A stretch of 61,386 bases of DNA, counting the filler. It is 15 parts of 15 records of this genome, joined end to end, with 100 filler letters (N's around TTAATTAATTAA, not from the genome) between each part and the next. Parts side by side here need not be neighbours in the genome. Positions count along the whole stretch, not along the records: positions 1 to 5,498 come from SRR15195285_13313; positions 5,599 to 11,973 come from SRR15195285_13339; positions 12,074 to 15,576 come from SRR15195285_13369; 12 more parts are not named here. The stretch is one strand, 5' to 3'. The notes below the pieces were generated by a model. That model worked only from the letters and a program-made list of their open reading frames with translations. It was not told the origin of the DNA and searched no databases. A program made the translations under genes and the position numbers. This document shows, piece by piece, positions 1-13,625 of this stretch. How positions within the stretch are numbered: position 1 is the stretch's first letter; the number at the start of each line of letters is the position of its first letter.

Positions 1-507
1 GCCCTTTTTCGGCGCGGATTCTGCATGCGCGGGGCGTTTGCCCGCTACACGATGAACCGACAATTCAAAACAAATGTACAGTAGGGATGATCCCTAACCG
101 GCGCCATCGAAGAGAGTCATCGAGTCAGCTCCTCGCTCCTCCCCGCTGCCCCGGTCCCGGTCCGGGGCCCAGGCAGGCGAATGTGAATGTGAAATCACCA
201 AATTCTCACAACAATGACTGATGAGTCACAGTGTCAGTCAGTCAGTACCGCGAGCTCCGGTCGAATACTGTACCGATCACGCTGATCGCAACGCGTTGCT
301 GCAGGACGCGCAGAGGCCAACGACAGGGCTGCACCATTCCTGGGCAGCGCTGCGAGGGACGGCGCGCTGCAGATCGTGGTGGAGAGCGGCAGCTTCGTCG
401 GGGCGCTGCGGGCGGCGGGCAGTGGGGGGAGGGGGGAGGGGGGAGGTCGGGAGGGTCTGCAGTTCACGTACAGGCTGTAGGCTGCGTGGGAGCGTGTGGC
501 ACAGCGC

Positions 508-2372
508 ATGCCGAAGATGGCCGGACAACCGAAGATGGCGGACGTGCCCGCCGCCGAGCGCAACGATCTGCTCAAGGAGAAGCTTGCAATGTGCGCTGTC
601 GTATACGACTTCGCCGAGGTGGAGACACCAGAGCGCGACCAAAAGCGCCAAATCCTGCTCGGTGAGCCATTCACAGCGCCATGCGCGCCATTCGCGGTGC
701 CATTCGCAATGCCATTCGCAGTGCCATTCGCGGCACTACCGGTTTCCGACGCCGAAATCGGCGGGTAGAATTCGGAGGCCAGCCCTCAGGCACCTCAGCT
801 GCCCAGGAATGCGCGAGCGGTGTGTCCTTCGCGGCGTGCACGCTTAGCTGGCTGCTGATCACGTATGTGCGTGATGCGTGAACAGAGTGCATCGATTACA
901 TCACCAAGAAGAACGTACTGACAGAGGCTGTCTACGCGGACGCGCTGTACATGGTGCGTCTCATTGTGCTGCGATTTAGAGCGACCAGGTTGTTCCTGTT
1001 CTTGCGTTGACCTGATCCTGCGTTCGCGAATGTAGATCAAATCCAACCTGTTCCGTGCGCTGCCGCTCGGGGCACGAGACTTCAACGCGAACTACGATCC
1101 GGAGGAGGATGAGCCAAACCTTGAAATGGCCTGGCCTCACTTGCAGCTGGTGTATGAGTTCTTTCTGCGGTTCATTGTGTCCAGCGACGTTGACCCGAAG
1201 GTCGCGAAGAAGTACATCGACAAATCCTTCCTGATCAAGGTAAGTTCTCAGTGCAGCCCTGCCCGCGCCAGTGCTTCCTGTGCGTCCGCGCCGACGTCTG
1301 CTGTCGATCACAGCCCATGCTCTCTGCTATTGTGGTGCTGCAGCTCCTCACGCTGTTCGACTCAGAAGACCCACGTGAGAGAGATTACCTGAAGACAATC
1401 CTGCATCGCGTGTACGGCAAGTTTATGTCTCACCGCCCCTTCATCCGCCGCTCCATCAACAACATTTTCTACACCTTCGTGTACGAAAACGGGGATCACA
1501 ACGGCATTTCAGAGCTCTTGGAAATTTTGGGGTCGATCATCAACGGTTTTGCACTTCCGCTCAAGGAAGAGCACAAAAATTTCCTGAGCAAGGCGCTGAT
1601 TCCGCTCCACAAGCCGAAGAGCATCAACGCCTTTCATCAGCAGGTGTGCTGCCTAACTATCGCCGCAACCCACGTCGAGTCACCTTGCGAACACCCGCTC
1701 TTTCGTGCGTCTCGGCATTGTTGGGCTAAGTTTGGTCGCAACGGTCATGTGCAGCTGGCCTACTGTGTGACCCAGTTCGTCGAGAAGGACTCGCGACTAG
1801 CAGAAGAGGTAATCGGCGGGCTGCTGAAGTACTGGCCCGTCACGAACTGCCAGAAGATTGTGCTGTTCTTGGGCGAGCTAGAGGAGTTGTTGGAGCTGAC
1901 GCAGCAGCCAGAATTCGCCAACCTGATTCCCTCGCTTTTCTACAGGATTTCGCAGTGCTTGATGTCCCAGCACTTCCAGGTTGCGGAGCGCGCCTTGTTC
2001 CTATGGAACAACGAGACAGTGGTCGTGCGGATCACAGAGAACAGGTGCGTGAAGATAGGCCCGCAGTCGCATAGGAGGCGCGTTGACATGTTCCAACTAC
2101 ACTTCGCAGGAGTTACTTAGACGTCGTGTCGTTGCCACCACAGGGAAGCAATTTTCCCGATCGTGTTCGGCGCGCTCACGACGAACACTGCGGGCCACTG
2201 GAACAGCACTGTACACGGCTTGACATACAACGTGCAAAAACTACTGATGGAGATGGATAGCGAGCTATATGATAGATGTGCGCAGCAGCATGAAGAGGCT
2301 CGGCAACAGGAGGAGGCCAACAGGGTCAGTGCCGCAGCTGCCTGGGATGCTGTAGCGACTGCTGCCAATTAA
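508..2372 (+). CDS. PPP2R5: Protein phosphatase 2A regulatory subunit B' (B56 family), 6 exons
   Basis: Spliced translation gives the B56 motifs [49 protein letters not shown] and [19 protein letters not shown] introns at 662-885, ~954-1035, ~1240-1343, 1644-1754 (in-frame, 111 nt) and ~2045-2142. ATG 508, TAA 2370-2372. Confidence 0.96.
666..734 (+). repeat. Intronic 12-bp minisatellite (GCCATTCGCnnT)
   Basis: About 6 degenerate tandem copies (gccattcacagc, gccatgcgc, gccattcgcggt, gccattcgcaat, gccattcgcagt, gccattcgcggc) at the start of B56 intron 1. Confidence 0.85.
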
Positions 2373-2602
2373 CTCAACGCGCGTAGTACTGGCCAGCCAG
2401 CGGGGTCAGCTAGCAATACGCAAGTAGTACACATAATAGTGAGAATTTAACAGCCTGCCGGTGCCTCCGTCCCCCCCCACACATACACTCACTGGCCTTT
2501 TCTTGTCGTTGTCGGTTGGGTCTGGGCAGCACAGCGCGGTGGCCCACAGTGTATAGCCACCGCGCACAGCATCGCCATCATTCTGCCGCTCCTGTCTTTT
2601 CC

Positions 2603-5451
<2,849 letters not shown>

Positions 5452-5498
5452 CTACCGTACAGCGGCTTGTCACAGGCTGGGTTGGATTCGTTGGGAGT

Positions 5499-5598
5499 NN
5501 NNNNNNNNNNNNNNNNNNNNNNNNNNNNNNNNNNNNNNNNNNTTAATTAATTAANNNNNNNNNNNNNNNNNNNNNNNNNNNNNNNNNNNNNNNNNNNN
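5499..5598. other. Artificial contig linker N44-TTAATTAATTAA-N44 (first of 14)
   Basis: Identical 100-nt spacers with stops in all six frames also lie at 11974-12073, 15577-15676, 20451-20550, 24697-24796, 28681-28780, 31806-31905, 35095-35194, 39540-39639, 43485-43584, 46754-46853, 50664-50763, 53933-54032 and 57788-57887. Confidence 0.99.
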
Positions 5599-6735
5599 CC
5601 GCATCGCATAATCCATCGTCCACGTCGCTCATCGTAGTGTGCTGAGGGACACAGGGGGGTGGGGAGGACGATCGTCGCAGGGAACGCTCCCAGCAGTACT
5701 CAGCAGAGTAGGGAATTCCAATAGTCCATCGCCGGAAAATGCGCCCACGCCGCAGTCCTCAACCCCGCCCCGCGTCCAGTGACTGGAAAACCCAGGGTCC
5801 GTCCACCCGTGTGTACACGTTGGTCATCGCCATCCATCCTTTGTGTTCCCCCTGTTAAGTACACTCCGGCGCTTGTCGGTATTCATAGGAACACACCGTG
5901 CGTCATGCCGCGTCTCTGAGGTAAAATTCGGTGTTTTCAAAATCAAATGGGACAGTAGCTCAGTAGGAACTTCCTACTGTAGGAAGCCTACACCGGAATA
6001 CCGGTACGGTAAAATAGCTGTGCATTCGGAATCGTACCAATTTGGCATACTAGTACGTGCGCCTTGAATGTTTATGTTGAAAGGATGATCATGTGGGGAT
6101 CCCCCCTCCGCGCTCCGGTACGCTGTATCGACTGTAGGAATCCAGTTCTCATGTCTCGTGGGACTCGTCTCGGACTGCTGCAGTCTCACGCCAGGTACGG
6201 TACCGGTACTTGTTGAATCTGAATGGGAGCGAATGACTCATTCCGGGAATGTCAATGTGCCGTAGCCGAACCCTGTGGCGCGCGCGCCGCGTGGGTGAGT
6301 GAGTCCTCGCGACGAGCCAAGTTTGCGCCGCGCGTTGCGTACTTGCGTTGACCATGGTGCTGCAGCTGATGGACCGGGTCACATCGACGCGCCGGTACAT
6401 ACGGCGATAGCAGACGGCGGTGGTTTTCGCTAGCGAACACAGCGCAGGCTCCCGAGGCAGGACGCTTCCCGTCGCAGCGTGTTCACGCGCGGTGGAGCCA
6501 ACGCATTGCATCGGCTAGTGTCGATGAGGCAAGCACAGCTAGTGTACATGTACTCAGCGCAGCGCCGCCGGCTGCTGACGCCAAGCTGTCAGAATCAGTT
6601 GGCCTGGATGGTTACTGTGTGCTCCTGCTGCGTGGCTACATGGCGTGACGAGTCGGCGAGTGGCTATGTTGAGGTGATTTCTCTGCCACCGTTCAGCACA
6701 CTCTCGTTCAGCGATGATGGCATCGTCGCTGTGCA

Positions 6736-8339
6736 GTGCATGCATCAATGATGTCTAATTTCCAGCCACGTGATGTGCAGTTTCGCATCTCTGACCGCAG
6801 GGCTGAGCAGCACTGGCCATGCTGTTCCGTTGAGCAGACTCAGATGTTCGCAAGTGTGGTCGGCAGCGGAGTGCCTGGCGTATGGCACATGGAGTTCGAC
6901 AGGGATGTTACACGGCGCGACCTGCTCTGGGACGTTCCGTTTATTGCTGCAACAAACCAGCAAGTTATCCTCTCAGGCCAGGCTGCCCATGTAGCGAAAG
7001 GCATCACGCCAAGATGGGCGCCGGGATACGTTGTGAAGAGCGGCGCAGGGTTGAGCCTTTCATACTTGAACACTGTCGGCGAGCTCGTGCTAGAGAGCAG
7101 TGCAACCGGGCTGAATTTGACAGACACGGTGGTGCCAGCTGGGGCGCAGTTCCATGGAGGTATCGTCAGGATAGTGCGCTCGACTGTGAACGACGGTGTG
7201 CAAATGAGGTTTGGGATGGCAGCGCTGGAAGTGCTCAATAGTACCATGCTTGCAGATCCCAGTTTTGACGCGGAGCCAGGCTCTCCGTACATCACCATCA
7301 CATCGTCAGAGCTAAGACGATGGCCGAAGTGGGCACCCATCGCCAACGCCACAGGTGTCCAGATGACCGACGTCACCGTGTCGCTGCACATGGACCTGAA
7401 CGACGGCCGCACGACTGGTTCTGTGTTAGGTGTGGTGGATTCCTGCGATGGCTGTAGCGCAGGATTCGAGTACGCATGTCGGGCCGGCTACAACGGCCCA
7501 GATTGCATGGACGACATCGACGAGTGCGCAGGTGTAGACGACTCGACCGGCAATGCTCTGAATGGAGGCTGCGAGCAGATATGTGTCAACACCCCAGCAT
7601 CATTTTACTGCGCATGCAACCCCGGTTATCAAGGTATAGACGACGGCAGCGTTAACTGCGAAGGTAAGCCGCAGATTTGTTGATCCGCGCGCGGAGCTTT
7701 GCTAAGTCTGAGGAGATGCTTCGCGTGGCTGCTGATTGCCTTCCAGATATCGACGAGTGTGCCTTGACTGGCTGTGCCCACGCACCACCAACGGTACGCG
7801 ACTGCCGCGCAACAAGGAACGTGTCACTCATTGGCAGCAAGGAAGAGCTGAGCGAATGCGAAGACTATCAGAGCTCGGCCGCGCGCGAGGCGTGCTACGA
7901 CAGCTTGAAGCACCCTCAGTTCGAAAGCTTCTACAGTCTCAACATAAGCTGGGTCCTTGTCCTTCCAGTTGTCCTTGGAACTGACCACAACCACACCGCC
8001 AGAGTTAATATCGAGCATCTGCACCGCAGCACCATGTTCCTCGCAACGCCTCGCTGCGATTCTTTGTGCACAAACTTCGAGGGGACCTACCAGTGCTCCT
8101 GCGATACTGGATTCATGCTTGACGAGGTAGATGACACTGGACACACTTGCCGAGATATCAACGAGTGCATGGACGAAGGCACTGGCGACCCGTGCCTCTC
8201 GCATGAAAACAGCAAGTGCGTAAACACCGTCGGTGGTGTGACATGCTCTTGCCAGGAAGGCTATGTGGGCTGGCCAATCGGCCCAGCAGGGGATGGAGTG
8301 AATGTCTCCGCGTGCGTTTCAGCCATGGGGGAAGGCTAG
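6736..8339 (+). CDS. Calcium-binding EGF-repeat extracellular protein (N-terminus unresolved)
   Basis: cbEGF motifs DIDEC..GGCEQICVNTPASFYCACNPGY, DIDEC..CTNFEGTYQCSCDTGF and DINEC..CVNTVGGVTCSCQEGY. Phase-1 intron 7664-7746 joins two ORFs. Upstream exons/start are not confidently placed. Confidence 0.8.
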
Positions 8340-8366
8340 CATTGCAAAGGGATTTATGGTTCAATA

Positions 8367-11258
8367 CTATTGATTTTCTTGGACGGCGGGCTTTTTGACT
8401 CCAGCAATGTCTTTGTGAAGCGCTCCAGCGGTACCTCGAATATCCATGATGCCAATATCTTCCATGCTGGCACCGCGCTTGATTCGACGGCGCTCCTGCA
8501 GACCACCCTTCTCGGTTCTAAGGTGGCTGCGTGCAGCAAGCTTGCCAGATTCTGCACTCGCTGCTCCGGCTCCTACTGATTTTGTCGGCGTCGGAAGTGA
8601 CTTCCGGCCTGTCTGTTTCTTCTTGCCGTGGTGTTGATGGTCGATTCGGATGTGCTCAGGAGCAGTTTGATGGCTTTCCGAGGCGGCATGTACATGCACT
8701 AGCCCATAGCGTTGCACCGTAGACGCGAAAGCTGCGGGAGAGATTGCATCGTCGTCCATCTCGTCTTCCTCCATCTCAAGAGTGTCCTCCACGGCTTCTT
8801 GATACATGCGTGCCAGCTGCTTCTGAGACGGCCAGGATGTATTGTCTGTCGAGCCGTCTGCATTGGTTGGTCTGTCTGCTACCTCATCTGTCTCCACAAG
8901 CTCAAATATAAGATTTGAGAACTCTGAAAACGAGAGAACGCCATTTCCGTCCAGATCGTGTTCACGAAACAGGGTCTCCAACCGCTCGACCACACTCGCG
9001 CGCCGGCTAGTCCACTCTGCCAAGGTCGCTTCCAGCAGTGCATCGACATCTGTCATCGGAACCACTTTTGATGTCACACGATCCACCTCGGCAGCTGACA
9101 CTTCAACCAGTGCCGACTTCAGTGACTCCGGAATTGCCAGCCCTCGGCTTTCAAGCCAAACCGTTTCAATAGCACCCAAGCAGTGATCGAGAGGCAGGCG
9201 GGGCTGCGCGTCGCCTCCGTACTTTTCGTCGATGGTCTCAGGCGTGTAGAGCGTGGCCAGAAGGTCTACAAGTAAGTCTGCGTCGCTCGGGTGGTAGGTC
9301 ATATCGTGTTGTGCCGCCTGGAGCCCACATACTTGCCCAAAGAGCCGCAGTCGTCTGTCGTAGCGCTCCGGGTTTGGCACACGACAGAGTTGTTCGCACT
9401 CGGCAGCAGAGACCGACTTGCGCTTTGAGAACTTTATGACAGATGCAGTCAGCTGGCTTGTCGCCCGATTGGCTAGCGAGGGTAGTCCAAATTCGTGGAT
9501 CATGTACTCCGCAACAAACTCAGGCATCTCATCCCGCCTGTGTCCCTTCTCATCATCGACAGCGTCTGCCACTGCCTTCTTTTCGTACAGCTTTGCAACC
9601 CGCTGTCTCGCAAGACGCAGCGTTAGTGGGTTGGCGCGGACAACTTTCAAATTCGTCTTTTTGACGCGTTCACTGCGACGCCTGCCTTTTCTCTGTCGGC
9701 TCCTTCCTTTTGTGCTCCCCTGGCCTGCGTCTTTCCCCTCCTCCTCCTCCTCCTCCAACAACATGGGCCCGTCTGTCTGCGTGCTCTGGACGACTCCAGA
9801 ACTCTGGTCATCCTGTCCCTGGCGGGACACACCAAATGTATGTGCAACAAGTCGCTCCGGTGCAAGACCGAGCTGTCCCGGCGTGGCGTACATCTCCTCC
9901 GCGACTAGAAGTTTGTTGATCACAGAGCCGACTGTGCAATTCCACTCGCGCTCGGCAAACTGCAGCAATCTGACCAGCAGCGAGCGAGTCTTCTGAGGAC
10001 TTCCCGCTGTGGCATGAAGAAGCACACGCGGAGAATGCTCGTTGAGTCGCAGCAGCCACTGAGTCAAGTGCTCATTCTGGTTGGGAAGCAGAGGCTCAGG
10101 AAGTAGGCTGGCATCTAGGTGCTCGTCCAGGCAGTCTAGCGTCACACTCAGCACTTTGTGTTGCTGCTCAATGCTACAGCGGTCCAACAGGGCACGTAGC
10201 AATATCTCCAGTTCTCTGCTATCGTCGAAGACAATGTCGCTCAGCTTGTTCGCAAGCGTTGGCACGTCGACCCTCATGGCGTCCTCGAGCTGGAGCCTGA
10301 GCACATCTGCGCTAGCCTTTTCCTGCTCGGCGTTCGCCCGCAGTCGATTTCGTTCAGCCATCAATGCAGCCTCGTGACGTTCCGCCTCCTCGAGCTTGCT
10401 TGCGACCAGGTCTCGTTCTTGCTCCACAACACGAAGCTGCTTTTGTAGCTCTGCAATGGCCTCCTTCAAGGCCGTATTCTCGTCATCACGCTCAGCTGTC
10501 TTCTTGAGCAGCGCGAGCTCGAAGGACCTGGCCTCAGCCCGCTGGGCGGCGATGTCCTCTTCCATTGCCTTCACCTGCGCAGCAGCCTGGGCAGCAGCCT
10601 GCGCAGCCTGCCGCCGCGTCTCATCCAGATCTTTGCGCAGGCCCGTCTCCTCTAGCAAGCACGCCGGGCAGTGCACGTTCGCGCGCGGCGGCTGGAACCA
10701 ATCGCTGGGCTTGGCTGGTGGTTTGCCCGTCTCGCTGTTGCCGAGCGCACCCTTGCTGCGCTCGTAGCGCTTGCGCAGCCGCGTGTAGCATTCGCTGCGG
10801 GCAAAGTCGTTTGGATCTCGTGTCCTCGCGTCCGAGCGATCCGAGTCGAGTCGTGCAGCGGCGGACCGCGGGCGCAACCGCGCTCGGGCCGACAGCGGCA
10901 GCGGCGCCTTGCGCTCTGCGAATCGTCGCTCCTCGCCATCGCCCCAGTCGCCCACTGCACCGCGGCGCACAGACCCCGCGGCCGAGGCCGGGCGAGCGCT
11001 CTGCGGCCGGCGCCTCGTCGCGCTATCGCTGCCTGGTGCGGTGGCCGTAGAGGCAGCGGAGCCCGGGCGCGTCTGGTGCTCCTCGCGGTGCGTGCGCATG
11101 CCCCGCCATGTGGATGTGCCGGGCGACTTCACTCGGGGCTCTCGCGCCGGCGCCGACTGCGGTCGCTTGGGCCTCGTCATTGCGGGCGGGCGCGGCACCG
11201 CAACGCGTGGCCCCGCCGAGCCCGCACCCTCGCCCTCCGCCGCCGCCTCCACCGCCAT
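8367..11258 (-). CDS. Coiled-coil + TSNAXIP1-like + EF-hand protein (probably ciliary)
   Basis: 963-aa intronless ORF with N-terminal RPxSA repeats, a long coiled coil, KLYEKKAVADAVDD..MPEFVAEYMIHEFGLPSLA..RLRLFGQVCGL (TSNAXIP1-like) and an EF-hand DLDGNGVLSFSE. Confidence 0.65.
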   Translation of the reverse strand: MAVEAAAEGEGAGSAGPRVAVPRPPAMTRPKRPQSAPAREPRVKSPGTSTWRGMRTHREEHQTRPGSAASTATAPGSDSATRRRPQSARPASAAGSVRRGAVGDWGDGEERRFAERKAPLPLSARARLRPRSAAARLDSDRSDARTRDPNDFARSECYTRLRKRYERSKGALGNSETGKPPAKPSDWFQPPRANVHCPACLLEETGLRKDLDETRRQAAQAAAQAAAQVKAMEEDIAAQRAEARSFELALLKKTAERDDENTALKEAIAELQKQLRVVEQERDLVASKLEEAERHEAALMAERNRLRANAEQEKASADVLRLQLEDAMRVDVPTLANKLSDIVFDDSRELEILLRALLDRCSIEQQHKVLSVTLDCLDEHLDASLLPEPLLPNQNEHLTQWLLRLNEHSPRVLLHATAGSPQKTRSLLVRLLQFAEREWNCTVGSVINKLLVAEEMYATPGQLGLAPERLVAHTFGVSRQGQDDQSSGVVQSTQTDGPMLLEEEEEEGKDAGQGSTKGRSRQRKGRRRSERVKKTNLKVVRANPLTLRLARQRVAKLYEKKAVADAVDDEKGHRRDEMPEFVAEYMIHEFGLPSLANRATSQLTASVIKFSKRKSVSAAECEQLCRVPNPERYDRRLRLFGQVCGLQAAQHDMTYHPSDADLLVDLLATLYTPETIDEKYGGDAQPRLPLDHCLGAIETVWLESRGLAIPESLKSALVEVSAAEVDRVTSKVVPMTDVDALLEATLAEWTSRRASVVERLETLFREHDLDGNGVLSFSEFSNLIFELVETDEVADRPTNADGSTDNTSWPSQKQLARMYQEAVEDTLEMEEDEMDDDAISPAAFASTVQRYGLVHVHAASESHQTAPEHIRIDHQHHGKKKQTGRKSLPTPTKSVGAGAASAESGKLAARSHLRTEKGGLQERRRIKRGASMEDIGIMDIRGTAGALHKDIAGVKKPAVQENQ

Positions 11259-12073
11259 CTCCCCGCAGCCAGCACACCCGGCCCCGACAAGAGAGCGCGC
11301 TAGCAGGGCAGCAGCGCTCGCTCACCGAACCACCCTCCTCATCGAAGACGAGCCGCCCGCGCATCGCCGCAGCATCGTCTTCATGACCACCGCCACCGCC
11401 ACCGCCATCGCAATTCGCTGCGTTGCGTTGCGGTGCGTTGCGTGCGCCGCAGCCTGGCCTGTATGTGTATCCGGCTGCTCTCGAGTGTAAAGTGTCTTGC
11501 ACTGAGGCCAGGCGATCCAGCAGTAGCAGCTACTAGTACTTGCAGCAGCAGCTCATCGAAGCGGTGCGGGTACCCTCCCTCGGTGGTGGTTGGTCAGGAG
11601 GTGGAGGCCGAGGCCGTTCTTCACGCAGTGCAGTGCCACACACCACAGGGATTATAACTGAGTTAACTATCAATCCATACTATTCATGCTATTCATAGTA
11701 TTCGTATCTAGTACTGTGTACACGAGCATGCATAAACATTGCTCCGGGGTCAGACCTGTTCTGGAACGACACAACGCAAAAACGGCCACTCGCCTCGCCG
11801 ACGAGGAACATGCAACCCGGTGCGCGGTGACTCGTAGTCAGCAGGCAGTTGTCATTTCCTCACGTTCTTTCAGGCATCAGGCCCTCCTAGTCTAGTAGAC
11901 TCAACTGGGTTGGTCACTATCCATTATTTGCAATGAAGGACAATAGATGCGACGTTTGGGCTAGAGCGCACGCNNNNNNNNNNNNNNNNNNNNNNNNNNN
12001 NNNNNNNNNNNNNNNNNTTAATTAATTAANNNNNNNNNNNNNNNNNNNNNNNNNNNNNNNNNNNNNNNNNNNN

Positions 12074-13191
12074 CCGGAGCCGGAGCCGGAGCCGGAGTTG
12101 GAGGACGATGCATCTCGATCCCTCAGCGCCACACAGCAGCGGGAGGCAGGCAACTGGATCCGCTGCAAGTGGTTAGAACGGCAACAGGACGTGGCGACGA
12201 GGAACACGGAATGGAGCCGCGAGGAGAAGCAAGGGCTTGTCGATGAGGTGAACTCGCAATTTGCTAGGATCGGTGAGAAGCAGACCTACACCATCGAACA
12301 CCTCGACCAGTGGCTACTGAGAATGTATATCGGCTTTGGGAGGGCGATGCGTACCTTCGAGCCCGCGGACGGCCCAGACATCCGCAGCGAACTGGCAATT
12401 CGGGAGGGTGAACGTCTCGTCATCGAGAAGGGCGCCCTGGATAAGGCTTGGTGGCGCTGTCGAAGACAGCAGCAGCGCGTGCTGCTGACGTTGAATGTGC
12501 ACAAGGCTTCCGGTGTGCGCTCCGCGGACTGGAACGGCAGCAGCGATCCATTCGTCAGAGCATTTTTTGAGGGTCACGAGATGCTTACCAAGGAAGACAG
12601 CACCGTGAAGGCCAACACGTTGGACCCAACCTGGAACGAGGCGCTCTCGATTGGAGTGCCCACCGGGCGGAGCTACGCCAGTACCATCGATTGCGACGGG
12701 CAGTTGCCGACGCTGATCGTTCGGGTCTACGATCACGACATTGTGGGCTCTGATTTTCTCGGAGAGGTCAGGATTCCACCTGCCGAATGGGCTGTGGTGA
12801 CATCGAAGGTGTCGAGCTACAAACTTGGCTTGCGAGTAGACGAGGACGGCCACGAAGACTCCAAATTCTCTCATGAAATCACTGGTGATCTCGAACTCAG
12901 TTTCGAGACCCGTCAGGTCAGCATGGAGGACCGCGGGTGGGTTCCGGCGGAGTATCTAGGTACGCACCAGTTTCCATCTCATCCAATGTACAGTCGAGCT
13001 ACACGTTCCTGCTTCGCTAGCTAGCCTATCAGTAGCCGATGTGATCTAATCTAGCCAGGACGACGGGATGTGCCGATGAGCAGAAGTGTGGGGCATGGGC
13101 AAATCAATGGTCCGACGGCGCAAACGCGGCGCTGACAGGCGGACGAGATGTGGAGTGCCGATACTGTGGGGACAATTCTTTGGCTGCATGA
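12074..13191 (+). CDS. 5'-partial protein with an SH3 domain interrupted by a C2 domain
   Basis: Frame open from the contig start (PEPEPEPE). SH3 N-half RAMRTFEP..ELAIREGERLVI..AWWRC, then C2 (ASGVRSADWNGSSDPFV..NTLDPTWNE..VYDHDIVGSDFLGEV), then SH3 C-half RGWVPAEYL. Probable intron 12960-13054; the last exon is tentative. Confidence 0.8.
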
Positions 13192-13625
13192 CGCGAGCTG
13201 ATAAAGATGACCGTGCTCAACTTGCCGCCGCAAGGGCGAGGCGAGAGCAGCAGTCCGCGCGTGTGCCAGCAAGGCGACCTGGGTGGAACACAGACGCGAA
13301 GATGTCCTTGACTATCACTTCGGCAGAGAGCCGTCCTTGAAGGTTGGAGTAGGGCGAGTATCTGACACCTGTTCTCATAACGGCTAGATACCTGGTCTAT
13401 CCTCTAGTGCGCTCAAAAGTTCGTCGTGGACGCACTCCTTCCCCACGTCGTGCACATGCAATACTGACATGGCGAGCGCAAGATGATCCCACGGTAGAGC
13501 GTGCTATGGATTTACCGTTTGGCGTTGCTGGGCCTGTGTGCGACTGGAGAGCGACAGTGTACGGGCGTTTGTCGCTAGCCGTGTCTTCACAAATGCAAAC
13601 GTGATCATTTCTATTGCCAAGCCAA

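Noticed and set aside
666-734. 12-bp repeat as CRISPR or a coding repeat (PFAV)n
   Set aside because: There are no spacers, and it lies inside a canonical GT-AG intron whose removal restores B56 homology.
5499-5598. Regularly recurring TTAATTAATTAA flanked by Ns as a biological repeat or CRISPR-like array
   Set aside because: These are identical 100-nt artificial contig-joining spacers with six-frame stops. ORFs ending in XXXLIN are artefacts.
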